64,000 bases of DNA, taken from the NCBI GenBank assembly GCA_964106915.2, contig OZ066923.1, one strand, 5' to 3'. Each line of letters begins with the position of its first letter. The first letter of the stretch is position 1. Below are positions 1 to 11,507 of this stretch, piece by piece. The DNA is from Podarcis gaigeae. Lineage: Eukaryota. The translations under genes were made by a program, and so were the position numbers. Below the pieces are notes generated by a model that made no database searches, was not told the origin of the DNA, and saw only the letters and a list, made by a program, of their open reading frames with translations.

Positions 1-375
1 AAGGGAAAAAACCCACAAGTGAATGGAAGCTTCTGACATTACTTGCTTTCAGAATGTGAGTGTACATGCCTGCCTCTTAAGCAGCGTTCAAGTACCACAT
101 AAGAAAGATAATGGTTTTTGGTCATTTTGCCAAAAAACAAAATAAAACCCCAATCTCCACTGGCAGATAAATGCAGGAATGCTGTAAAACACACATGATA
201 TATTTTAATTAGACTAGAATGTTTATATTCTTATTTTAATTAGTCTGCAATGTTTACATTTTTCCTGTATGATAGAGCTTTCATAAAATTTCTCCCGCTC
301 TGTGTTAAAATGATTTAATGGCATGTCAACATTATTATTTTTTAAAGCTGGATAAGAGACAGTATTATTGCATAC

Positions 376-486
376 ACTAGTTAGGCTGAAGTAGTTGAGT
401 TTAAGAGTATTTTCTACATTGGGGCTGAATTGGCTTAAATCCACAGAGTCAACTTTGACTGGTTGGTGGACCAGGCTGTTAGGAAC
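376..486 (-). CDS. Internal coding exon (111 nt, phase 0-0) of an unidentified minus-strand gene: VPNSLVHQPVKVDSVDLSQFSPNVENTLKLNYFSLTS
   Basis: Acceptor ttttgcttgccttccttaatcatacag|GTT at 487/486 and donor AGT|gtatgc at 376/375. Only frame 0 is open, and it is in phase with the two upstream exons. Confidence 0.65.
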
Positions 487-1365
487 CTGTATGATTAAGG
501 AAGGCAAGCAAAAGGCATTTTGGTTTCACTGAAAGCTTGGAACACCTTTATCATTTCATTACTCCCTTCAGCTCTACAACATGAAGGAACAAAAATCTCC
601 TTTGATTTTGGCAAGATTTAAGGCCACCTCCTGGTTCCCAACCAAAGTACATCTGTGTATTATTAAGACTGTGCCCAGTAATTTAGTTCTGGCACTGCTT
701 ATGTAGGTATGTTTGAATCTCAAAGTATATACAGTGGCTGGAGATTACGTTGGAGACAAAGTTTCTTTCCAAATCATTATTTGTATATATTAGTCATTTT
801 TTCCTTTATAGGTCAGGAGACTACAATAGCGTCTCATATTTATGTGTTTGTAGTTTCTATTGGAATCACTTATTTATGACTGGCCAACTATTTGAAATAA
901 TCAAACAGGCTGGACTGAAGGTGTTTCCTCAAATATATTACCAGCATTTCCTTTTTAATTAAACCTTCTGCAGATCTTTCTGCCATTTTTGAGCATTCCT
1001 CATGAAAGGAATATCCATATTTCCAAATTTAATGTAATATATTCTTTCAGTAATTTAAGATCAATAACATACACACACACACACACATTGTGTGTATTAT
1101 TTGTGTTCATGGTGTTGTCATGGTGGTTATATATACAATCATGCTTCCAGTTCCATATGCACCTGCAAAGGTTTTGAGATGGCTGTACATCTACACTTGA
1201 AATACCTGCATGTCCTGTAGTCTCTTGCTAAAATCCTACAACTTTTCACCTACAAATGTTCCAGTGAAATGCTGTCTGGGTTGTGCAATATAACTCCAAC
1301 AGTAATGCACTATTATTGCATCAATGGCATGGTGCAGAATACAAGACCCTCGGCCTCATGTTCAC

Positions 1366-1408
1366 CCTTCCTTCCTTCCTTCCTTCCTTCCTTCCTTCCT
1401 TCCTTCCT
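1366..1408. repeat. (CCTT)n microsatellite
   Basis: Direct tandem repeat visible. Confidence 0.95.
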
Positions 1409-1744
1409 ATTCTAAGATTCTTAAGAGAAAAAATGTGTGGGAGTGATGATCTTAAGAGAGAAGTGGAAAGTGAGGCAGTGATTCTACCGCTCCTCACTAT
1501 CTTCATGCAACCCTGAGAATTCCCCCCAACCCTGTTGTAGTTCAAGGATTTGGCCTCTTTCAGCCTATCCTCTCCTTGTCCTGTAGTCTTTCTCTAAGTT
1601 AAATTTAATTGTAAGCTTATTGTGGGAGGGATCTGCCTTTTTCCTTATGTGACTAGACAAAGCATCATACACATTGCTAGCAGAATATAAACAGCCATTA
1701 TCAATTGGTAGTTTGGTCACTGGCAAATATATCAGAACAAAATG

Positions 1745-1885
1745 CAGGTAAGGTGCTTGGCATCACAAGTGGGGAGAGCCCTGTTGCACTCAGGTTCTGC
1801 TTGTGGGCTTCCCAGAGGTAAACATTGGCCACTGTGAGAACAGAATACTGGACTAGACAGGCCAGGGCTCTTCTTATGTTCTTTT
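1745..1885 (+). mobile_element. Decayed CR1-type LINE 3' end
   Basis: Ends ctggactaga...ggctcttcttatgttctt; the same tail occurs at 39500-39575. Family assigned from recalled consensus. Confidence 0.5.
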
Positions 1886-1896
1886 GATGGGTCACG

Positions 1897-2039
1897 TAAG
1901 GTTTCCATATGTCCTCTTTTTCGAGGACACATCCTCTTTTTCATGGGCATGTAAAAGGAGAGTCGTCCTAGTGATCCATAGTTAAAAGTAGAAGTAGGCA
2001 AATGTGTCCTTTTTTGCTCTTCAAAATATAGTAACCATA
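1897..2039. mobile_element. Decayed hAT (Blackjack-like) MITE
   Basis: Termini taaggtttccatat ... atatagtaaccata resemble TAGGGTTACCA TIRs; internal tgtcct motifs; TSD not convincing. Confidence 0.4.
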
Positions 2040-3200
2040 GGTGGGTGGGTGGGTGGGTGGGTGGAGAATTAAAATCTCAGTTACAATGAGAAGATTGGAA
2101 TAATCTGTGATAAAAAAATAACAGATGAATCCTGAAAATTAATCATCATTGAGCTAGTTCAAACATGCATGCCTATCACTTGCTAACTGCAGTGTTACAT
2201 TTTTTAAAAAAAATAACTTTTTTAGTCTTTATTAGACCCTTTCCCTTGTGCTTCCAGCAATGTCCCCCTTCCCTTCAGCACAGTCTCTGCCATTTCAAAT
2301 CCGCCATAGAAATTCCTCTCATTAAAAAAAAAGTGTATTTTTTTTTAAAAAATGAGACTTATAAATTTCCAGCTGCAGGACACACAACAAAGAAATAAAT
2401 AAGCAGGGAAATCCAACTGGGGGGGGAGGTGAAATGAAAGAAAAATGGAGCGGGGAGACAGAATAAAGAGGGAAAAGAGGAAAAGAGAAAACAGATGATC
2501 CTCAATAAAGCTTCATTTCTATTCTGCCAAGATTTGCACAAAGCTTCCATATATTTCCTTATACTTTACCTCCCTAGGACAGTCCTCTCTTTTATGGTCC
2601 AAATCTGGCATAAAGAGACAGAGCCATATGAAGGGAAAGAAGCAGGGACCTCAGATGTGTCCATCAACAGTTAACAACTGCTAACAGACACACAGGTTAC
2701 TTGGTCATAGTCTTCCCTATTATGGTGAGATGCGTTACATTTCTATTTAAATTATAGTAATTATTTCTAAATCTGCAACTATACCTGCGAATTGGCACGT
2801 GCAAATGTAATGGCAACCTGCATCCTCTTTAGCGATGCGCATCTCCCTTTTTGGCAATGCATATGTGGCCATCCAGCCTTAATTTGTAAGCAGTGAGGCA
2901 GTCAACCTGTCATGGAAACTTAGGCTGCAGTCATTTGCTCTCTTCCTTAGAACTCAATGGCACTGGAGCACTTTCAAACAGGTCTCCCTGTTTCAACAAT
3001 GCTCTCCAGGTGTGTGAATTCTGATGAGGACTCAAAGCTCATTTGGCAAAATGTTGCAGCATCAAGGGCTTCTGTTCAGGGTTCCAACCAGCCAGACATG
3101 TCCCTTTTTAGGACACTCCTTTCCATTTGTCCTACCCTTAGTTTTCATTTTTCCTCCTAGCTGACACTTACAGAGTGGAGAAAATAAATATTGTTATGTG

Positions 3201-3380
3201 CAGTGCTTTTTTCTGGGGGGACGCAGGGTACGCATACCCCTAAACATTTTGTGAATCTTTGTACTTTTGTCCATTTACTGTATTTATTTTTCTCGATTTG
3301 AACTATAAAATGGTGATTTTCTTGAGTCAAAATGAGAGCAGCCCTAAACATTTTTTTTTTGGGGGGGGGGGGAAGCACTG
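3201..3380. mobile_element. hAT-type MITE
   Basis: TIR CAGTGCTT...AAGCACTG; 8-bp TSD gttatgtg/cttatgtg (7/8); a related copy lies in the opposite orientation at 31265-31431. Confidence 0.8.
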
Positions 3381-4234
3381 CTTATGTGTATCTTATCTTG
3401 TTTTATATAAATTGGAGAGAGAGAGAATGAATAAAGAAATGTTAACCAAAAATGACTTAAATGTGCATAGCCCTTTTACTTCCTTTTATGTGGCAAGTCA
3501 GAAGCACAGAATACTAGCATGATTAGTGGTTACACAGTATGCAGATCACCCACCCCAAGTTGCCTGGACCATAGATTTCTAGTGCAAGCCTATGCATTCA
3601 TATTCAGAAGTAAGCATCACTGAATTCAGTGGGACTTACTCCAAGGTATATATATAGGACTGCAACCTTAGTTACTATTTTGGAAATGTGATGAGTCTAG
3701 AGGCAGAGAATCGCTAAAGACCCAGCTTGTCTATGCGGAGAATGTCAACAACCAGAAGGGGCAAGTTCATTTGCCAAACACTAGATATCCCAATCTTTCA
3801 ACAGCAAAATGTAGGTTAGGTTGGGGGGGGGATACTAAATGTAGAAAGATGTGAAAGAGCTTAAACATGGGAATCACCTTTCCTGAGGAAGAATAAGCAT
3901 GGAGAAGTGGAAAGCTAGCTGTTCACCCTAACATACTTGTACATCTTCATGAACAAGCTAGAGTCTGCATGAGACAACCAATCTCAATTCTCTTGGACTG
4001 TCAGGAGAAACCAAGACCAGAGTCCCCCTTACCTAAATACCACCTGTTGTTGCTCTTCAACTATGGGATGTCCTCATTCACCACAACCTTTGAGATGTTC
4101 AGCTTGCTTCCCCACCCTTTTGATTTTTTTCTTTTTTAAAAAAAATATTCTGGGTTTTGTTGAACTGTCCCAATCTAACCGAAAAAAATGATGACAAATG
4201 ATTCCTCTTAGAAATACACTAACTGGTGCCTCAC

Positions 4235-4256
4235 CTCAGAGAATACATGATTACTT
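4235..4256 (-). CDS. 22-nt coding microexon (phase 2 to phase 0), encodes (R)SNHVFSE
   Basis: Strong acceptor cgtttctccttttcttcag|A and donor GAG|gtgagg. Its 3n+1 length exactly bridges the phase-2 end of the 5497 exon and the phase-0 start of the 486 exon. Confidence 0.65.
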
Positions 4257-4824
4257 CTGAAGAAAAGGAGAAACGTGGTACAGATAAATGATTGTATTGC
4301 TGTTTTACCTGCTCTCTCATTTTATTGTATTGGGAATATTGTGTTTTCAGCTGTAGGTTATTGTACCCTGCTGTGAATGAAAGAATTGAATGAATGATAC
4401 ATCTTTACAAGGTTTGGGGAGCCCTGGAGAGGATGCCATTCTAGCCCCCTTCATCCCATATGGGTGGATCTCCTTGGCAGTTATGGTTCTGATGGGCATC
4501 TTTACTTTCCTAAAACACAATGCTCCAGAAATTCATTGTTCCAGCTCTATATGGGTGAAAATTATAGCTTCTGGCTGAGGTGCCCTCTGGTGGCCATTTT
4601 TGCATGTGGCACAAGTCATGTTTCCTTTATTCAGAATGTATCAGAACTCAAGGCATATTGCATTTGAGAGAAATACTGTAACGAAGCTGTTAAGCACACT
4701 GAGGGGATCAGAACAAGGGAACATTTACCTGACCATGTCTTGCAGTGACACTAGACCTGACTTTCATTACAGAGTCATTGGAAGGGATGATAAATATAGA
4801 AAGCTCTTTGAAAACTTTAGTACA

Positions 4825-5095
4825 GAGGTAGCTAACATGGTTCCCGCCATATGTTGTTGACTTTTTTTCAGTTAGAACATGCCGGAACTCATTTCTGGCC
4901 CCTCTCAGGTGGGTGCCATTGCCATTCTAAGAGAATAAGGGAGGTGTTCCTGGTGAATTCCAGCACCTCTTTTTCTAGAAAAATAGCACTGTTGGGTTAC
5001 ATCGATCATCATCCCTGATCAATTGCTATATTGGCTAAAGCTGACAGGAGTTCTTGTCCAATAACATCTGGAGGGCCACATGTTGGTGCCCCTAC
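4825..5095. mobile_element. Palindromic squamate MITE interrupted by a second MITE fragment (about 4861-4991, ending aaatagcactg)
   Basis: Halves ccatatgttgttga ... acatctggagggccaca flank an element ending in the CAGTGCT-type TIR. Confidence 0.5.
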
Positions 5096-5496
5096 TCAAG
5101 TGCTAGAACTTGTTGTTGTTGTTGTTGTTGTCATCCCAATGGCGAGAAGCACATAAACATTGTCACCTCACCAGAGTGAGGGACATAATTTGGGGCTGGG
5201 TGTAAGTGGACTGCAAGGCTCAGTATAAGTGCATCTGATCCCCACAGATTTCTGACATGCCTCATTCATTCCATGGTTTATAGTTTATTTTCTTTTTTTA
5301 AAAAAATAGTTTAATGCATTGGACAAGTTTTCATGTATCACTCAGCTTTCTGCCAAGTGTGGTCCTGGGTTTATCCTGTTTGTTGCTCCCTCCATTTTTA
5401 GAGACCATTAAGTCATTTGGGAGAGCTACCTTTGGCAAGGCAAGGAGCTGAGGTCTTATCCAAACAGCCAACAATCATAGCTGGCTCGCCACTTAC

Positions 5497-5665
5497 CTAT
5501 TAATGCTCCAAGTTTCATCATCCTGATAGGCAGCGAAGGAGCTGTACTCAGAATGGAGTTTCCATAGCAAAAGCCCAAACAGCAATGTCTCCACAGGACG
5601 CATTATTACCAAACGCTCAAGGAACACTCCATCAGATATGACATAGTGAACATTTACGAATGCCC
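5497..5665 (-). CDS. Probable first coding exon (ATG at 5603): MRPVETLLFGLLLWKLHSEYSSFAAYQDDETWSIN(R), a signal-peptide-like N-terminus
   Basis: Acceptor ttttttcctacag|GGG at 5666/5665 and canonical donor AG|gtaagt at 5497/5496. The ATG has A at -3 and is followed by the hydrophobic core TLLFGLLLW. The frame is also open back to the acceptor. Confidence 0.7.
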
Positions 5666-6327
5666 CTGTAGGAAAAAAGGGCTGCATTTAAAATAAAAGT
5701 GACCACTTCAAGGCTAAAGGAAAGCCAACCCTTCTATCTTCAGATCTTGCATACTGATCACCTTCATTTCTGGCCTATTTATTTATTTGTCATGGGCAAA
5801 CCTTTCTGATGTGGAGGGTTCAGTCTTTCACTGGCGCTTTGCCATAACCAAGTTGGAGCCATAAAGCTTCAGCCATATACGTGGCTCCTTGGCCTGTTAT
5901 TCTTTTATTTTATTTTTGCAGAGAAACAAGAGTGAATTCAATTTTAACAACAGTAACCCTTACATTAACTTTCAGCTACTTTTGTTGATATTTTCCCCTC
6001 TTGTTTATCTCTTGCTCTCTCTTTTTTACAATGCCATTCCACAATGCAGCCTCTGTTATGGTTGGGTGGAAACTATGAGAGACCTGGTGAATGCGCTGAT
6101 GCCAAGAAAGTAGTTTCCTTGACAACCGGAATGAAGCAACAAATAACAAGAATGCAGCCCTCAACTTGGTTCACTGATCTGTCTAACTCTTGGTGCCTAC
6201 TGAGAGCTCAGAAATGACTTTGCAATGTGTCCCTACAAGGATAAGTTGGCCAGTGCTTCCCATCAGAAAAGAACAGTGAGGAGCTACTGAGGCCCAGACA
6301 TAATAGTTCTTATTTTACAAGGAGGTA

Positions 6328-6539
6328 CAGTGGTACCTTGGTTCTCAAACTCAAGCCATCCTGGAAGTCCCTTCGACTTCCAAAACGTTTGAAAAACAAG
6401 GCACATCTTCTGATTGGCTGATTGGCCCTGGAAACAATGCCAACAGCCGAAACGGACATTTACACTTGCTTCTGGGTTTGCAGTGTTTGGGAGCCAATTT
6501 GTTCATCAGCTAAGCCATTCAGGAACCAAGGTACCACTG
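6328..6539. mobile_element. Tc1/mariner-type MITE
   Basis: TA|CAGTGGTACCTTGGTT ... AACCAAGGTACCACTG|TA: perfect 16-bp TIR with TA TSD. Confidence 0.9.
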
Positions 6540-6713
6540 TACGTTGTGATTGGGAAGAAATATGCTGCCGTACATGGTGCATCCATGTATTCAAACTGAC
6601 TGTGTGAGATGGAAAGGCAATCATCCTGGCATAAATATGGAGCAAGTGTGTGTTTGGCAAAATGTGAAGGTTTGTTTCAAAAGAAAATTGATCTCTCATC
6701 CATATCACATATA

Positions 6714-6917
6714 CAGTGGTACCTCTGGATGTGAACGCAACCAGCGTGCGCGGGTCACGATTTGCTGCTTCTGCACATGCGCATGATGTCATTTTGACCA
6801 TCTGCATATGCAAGAGCAGCGAAACCCGGAAGTAACATGCTCCATTACTTCTGAGTCACCACAGCGGGCAACCCGCAAATACTTATCCTGAAGCTACTTC
6901 AACCCGGGGTATGACTG
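6714..6917. mobile_element. Tc1/mariner-type MITE, different subfamily, degenerate right TIR
   Basis: TA|CAGTGGTACCTC ... ggggtatgactg; CpG-containing interior. Confidence 0.65.
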
Positions 6918-6963
6918 GTATAGTACAAGATCACCATTATATATCATCATACAATCACATATA

Positions 6964-7205
6964 CAGTGGTACCTTGGGTTACATACGCTTCAGGTTACAT
7001 ACGCTTCAGGTTACAGACTCTGCTAACCCAGAAATAGTACCTCAGGTTAAGAACTTTGCTTCAAGATAAGAACAGAAATCATGCTCTGGCGGCATGGCAG
7101 CAGCAAGAGGCCCCATTAGCTAAAGTGGTGCTTCAGGTTAAGAACAGTTTCAGGTTAAGAACAGACCTCCAGAACGAATTAAGTACTTAACCTGAGGTAC
7201 CACTG
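6964..7205. mobile_element. Tc1/mariner-type MITE (about 240-bp family)
   Basis: TA|CAGTGGTACCT ... AGGTACCACTG|TA; internal ttcaggtta repeats; near-identical copies at 21532 and 30974. Confidence 0.9.
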
Positions 7206-8829
7206 TATAGTGATGAAGTGTGAGGAGAGGTCAGTCTGAGGGGTCATCTCTGGTGTGTTGGCAGTCCAGCTGGAAGGTGAGCTACTTGGAAGGTGAGCAA
7301 CACTGTTCAACTTGGCAGAGCATAACAGGAGGGCAAGTGATGTACTGAATGTGGTACCCAGCCACCAAGAAAGGGAAGGGAACAGGTTCTTGTGAGTGAG
7401 CATGAAATGATGGAGGAGGAGGAAAGAGGAGAGACCCAGGTAGTAAACAGGAGGAAACAAGGGAAAGTAACAAGAGATGAGAAAAAGACACAGACCAAAG
7501 CAGGGGAAGGGGGGGGGGGACATTATCACTTGTGATGAATTAAGAGAGGAGAAATTACAACTGAATAAAGGGGGATAGCAAGCATTACTAAAGAACAAGG
7601 AAAAAGAGAAAGGAAGTCTGTAAAGTCTGGGGCAGCCTACACCAGCTATTCATTCAACTGTGTCTTGTTTTGGTCATTTTATTTGCAATTCCCCACCAGA
7701 TGGTGCTCTTCTCACACATGCAAAATAATAAATAAGGAATGGAAATTAGACTGGGGGGAATCAATGAAGCTAACATGTTATAATTTACATATTGGAGCTT
7801 AGCCAAATACAAGGAAGCATTAAACCATTTAAAGATGCTTAGTTTTGCAGAATTTATCCTAATCAGAAACCAAAAAGTTTTTATCCGGGACCTCGGCTTA
7901 TGCATTATAGCAACAAATAGTGGTCAAGATTTATATAAGATTTGCTGTGGATTGGCCAGTATATAACCAGTTGGATAGTAGATGGGGCTGATTCATAAGC
8001 TTCTTTGATAACACCGGAATTGAAGGAACCATTCTCTCCCCCCCCCCCTTCCCGCCAGCTTTTTGCTATTGGAGACTGTGTTAATCTTTGGGGTGAAGCA
8101 GAACTTGCAGTGTTTAGTCCCAAAGCTTCTCATTGCTCTCATTAAATGTACTTTTCCACCGTTAAGTATACAAAGCTGTCATTTCCCCATTAGCCAAGGT
8201 AAGATAGGGATCTGAACAACATGAGCCAAAAACAACTTGACTTTCTTTGAGTACCAGAGTCAACAGAATTTGAAAAATGACTCCATTCTATACAGATGGG
8301 ACTTTGTGGGGAGGAGATTGTGTTCAGGGCATCACAGATGTGGTGCAGTCTACAGAACTGCAAGAGGACCAGGGGGGACTCAGACTTATTAGGCATCAAA
8401 AGGGCCTCTTTAAATGTTACATTCCAGTACTCATGTTTTGAAAATTTCAGCTGCTGATTAAATTGGTTTCCATTCTATAAGTGTGTGGGAGAGTGAACTC
8501 AGAGTATATAAATGACACCGTGTCAGTCCAATGAACTATCCAAAGAAAGTATGTTTGTATATACATGCAAATATATCTATATTCAAATAAATAAACTATG
8601 TGTGTAAGTGTGCACATATATAACACACCTAGGGCTGCATTCTACATAAGTCCAACTCAGGGTGTGGGACCCAAAGAAATTAAGAAACATTACTAAATTA
8701 ATTTCAATGGGTCTATTCTGAGTAAAATTTAGTTGAATACAACACATAATAATTGTGTTGTGATTTTACGTTTATCACTGTTCACTATTACTGAGGGGCC
8801 TTTATATTTGTTAGGTAAAGTAATGCAAC

Positions 8830-9010
8830 ACTCATTGTGGTTTAGGGGATGCAAGTCTTGGACAAGGTTCTGGGAGACCAGGGTTCAAATATTCATTCAG
8901 ACAGTCACTGTCTTTGAGCCTAACCAACCTCACAGGATTGTTGTGAGGATGAAATAGGATGAAATTGTGTATGCCACCTTGAGCTCCTTGGAGAAAAGGA
9001 AGGAAATAAG
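8830..9010 (+). mobile_element. Old MIR/CORE-type SINE
   Basis: tRNA B-box-like gggttcaaat followed by CORE-like cctcacaggattgttgtgaggatgaaat. Confidence 0.55.
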
Positions 9011-9137
9011 TGAAAATATTGGTGAGTTGTAATTTTGCAAATCAGAAATGTGCCTGGCGAAATTGCAAAAAGCAACATGCCTACACAGTATTTTTATTTA
9101 TCTGCTGTGGGCTGTATAAAATTATGAATCAATCTGT

Positions 9138-9143
<6 letters not shown>

Positions 9144-9198
<55 letters not shown>

Positions 9199-9205
9199 TG
9201 TGTGT
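9144..9205. repeat. Compound (CT)n(GT)n microsatellite
   Basis: Direct tandem repeat visible. Confidence 0.95.
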
Positions 9206-9546
9206 TTCTTTCTCTGAATCAGTCAGAATGCAATTGTTGTTCACATTGATATAGAGGACTTTGAGTAGCCTGTCAGTGAAGTCTTCTGCTGCCCTCCAGT
9301 GGTACCATTCCTAATATATTCTTGCTCACCTGTTTTGATAATGAAAGACAGTAGATCACACCATATATTGGCAATTGTCTGAATTTCGAAATGCCTGCAA
9401 TCAAGATCAAGGGTATGTATACTGTGAAAAGATTTACAAGTCCCGTGCTGACTTCCATTTAAATCAAGAAAATTTAAAGTCCTAAATTCTGCCTAATTTG
9501 TGTCTGCCAGCTTGCACATTGATCTCCTTAGTCACTCTTTTTCAGA

Positions 9547-9670
9547 TGTGGGGAATGGATGCTGCTGAACTACAACTCCCATCATCCTTGATAATTGGCT
9601 GTGCTGGTTGGGACTGATAGGAGGTAGAATCCAACAACATCTGAATGGCCGCAGGTTCCCCACTCCTGCT
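9547..9670. mobile_element. Palindromic squamate MITE, probably hAT-derived
   Basis: gatgctgctgaactacaactcccatc ... gataggaggtagaatccaacaacatc hairpin; related copies near 11690, 18890, 36270, 43850-44170 and 59820. Confidence 0.6.
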
Positions 9671-9949
9671 CTAGTTCATCCTGATTTATTTTTGTCTTAA
9701 AGTCAACACAGGACTTATTCAAGTGCAAACCGTCATTAGTGCATAGTAACAAGACAGTTCCTTCGCTGAGCACCTGTACATGACATTGATTTAAGAGGCT
9801 TTGCAGCAAGCCTACCCAACCTTTCAGTATTTCCTATTGAGCATCAATGGTTCAAAATATGTTGTTGGCTACCTGCAATAGATGACATCACCTTGGAGGG
9901 TTTGCACCAAAGACCCCAGAGTTTTTTCTAGTGCTGTAATAGTAAAGGT

Positions 9950-10323
9950 TAGTGTGACACGGGTGGCGCTGTGGGTAAAACCTCAGCGCCTAGGACTAGC
10001 CGATCGTATGGTCGGCGGTTAGAATCCCCACGGTGGGGTGAGCTCCCATCCTTCGGTCCCAGCCCCTGCCCACCTAGCAGTTCGAAAGCACTCTTAAGTG
10101 CAAGTAGATAAATAGGTACCACTTTATAGCGGGAAGGTAAACAGCGTTTCTGTGTGCTGCGCTGGTGCTGGCTCGCCAGAGCAGCTTCATCACGCTGGCC
10201 ACGTGACCCGGAAGTGTCTCCGGACAGCGCTGGCCCCCGGCCTCTTAAGTGAGATGGGTGCACAACCCTAGAGTCGGACATGACTGGCCCGTATGGGCAG
10301 GGGTACCTTTACCTTTTTACCTT
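9950..10323 (+). mobile_element. Sauria SINE (Squam1), full length
   Basis: tRNA-like head ggtggcgctgtggg...ggttagaatcc, central tgcaagtagataaataggtacc, (ACCTTT)n tail; 13-bp TSD TAATAGTAAAGGT at 9937-9949 and 10324-10336. Confidence 0.9.
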
Positions 10324-10329
10324 TAATAG

Positions 10330-10603
10330 TAAAGGTAAAGGGACCCCCAACCATTAGGTCCAGTCACTGCACAGCTTCTGGGTCATGTGGCCAGGATGAC
10401 TAAGCCACTTCTGGTGAACCAGTGCAGCGCACGGAAACGCCATTTACCTTCCCACTGGAGTGGTACCTATTTATCTACTTGCACTTTGACGTGCTTTGGA
10501 ACTGCTAGGTTGACAGGAGCAGGGACCGAGCAACGGGAGGTCACGCCATCACAGGGATTCAAACCGCCGACCTTCTGATCATCAAGCCCTAGGCTCTGTG
10601 GTT
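10330..10603 (-). mobile_element. Sauria SINE (Squam1), internally deleted
   Basis: aaaggtaaagg tail, ggtacctatttatctacttgcac core, and B-box reverse complement gggattcaaacc. Confidence 0.88.
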
Positions 10604-11001
10604 TTGCTTTTTATTTCCTATTTTAATGGTGCATTTCCTAAGACATATCACTGTGTTGTAATCTTTCATTAGTATTAAATGTTACAAAGTCACAAGTAGT
10701 CTTTTGAGGTCTTTGAGAATTCACTATCCGGCTGGATATGAGACAAATCGTTGGGCAGCAAGTTAGAAACGGTTGTGCAAACCCAGTTGGTGCAAGACAC
10801 TTGGTGCAAGACAGATTGCAAGGTGTACCAGGGGCTACCATGATGAAAAGATATTTTTGAAACTCTAATACCTAGTAGCTGCACAGTTCTATCTCTAGCC
10901 TTGATTGAAACACCCAAGTCCATTGTAAAGCGAGGCCCACCAATGCAGCAAAGTCTGGTAGTATTGCTAGATATGGCCAAAGATTAACTCTATGTGGTAC
11001 A

Positions 11002-11507
11002 CTAGTAGCAGCATCTTAAAAAGCAGAGACATCACCTTGCCAGCAAAGGTCCGTATAGTTAAAGCTATGGTTTTCCCAGTAGTGATGTATGGAAGTGAGA
11101 GCTGGACCATAAAGAAGGCTGATCGCCGAAGAATTGATGCTTTTGAGTTATGGTGCTGGAGGAGACTCTTGAGAGTCCCATGGACTGCAAGAAGATCAAA
11201 CCTATCCATTATTAAGGAAATCAGCCCTGAGTGCTCACTGGAAGGACAGATCCTGAAGCTGAGGCTCCAATACTTTGGCCACCTCATGAGAAGAGAAGAC
11301 TCCCTGGGAAAGACCCTGATGGTGGGAAAGATGGAGGACACAAGGAGAAGGGATGACAGAGGACGAGATGGTTGGACAGTGTTCTCGAAGCTACCAGCAT
11401 GAGTTTGACCAAACTGCGGGAGGCAGTGGAAGACAGGAGTGCCTGGCATGCTCTGGTCCATGGGGTCATGTAGAGTCAGACACGACTAAATGACTAAACA
11501 ACAACAA
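11002..11507 (+). mobile_element. Bov-B (RTE) LINE 3' fragment
   Basis: ORF 10992..11402 ILKSRDITLPAKVRIVKAMVFPVVMYGSESWTIKKADRRRIDAFELWCWRRLLRVPW matches the Bov-B RT C-terminal region; frameshift near the end; (CAA)n tail. Confidence 0.95.

Noticed and set aside
2374-2400. Acceptor-like site on the - strand within the gene's intron
   Set aside because: It is followed by stops and A/T runs with no suitable donor
6970-7160. Regularly recurring TTCAGGTTA units resembling a CRISPR-like array
   Set aside because: These are internal repeats of a mariner MITE present three times in the window; spacing is irregular, the DNA is eukaryotic and there are no cas genes
7208-7620. Purine-rich tract producing three overlapping hydrophobic - strand ORFs
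   Set aside because: Low-complexity composition artefact
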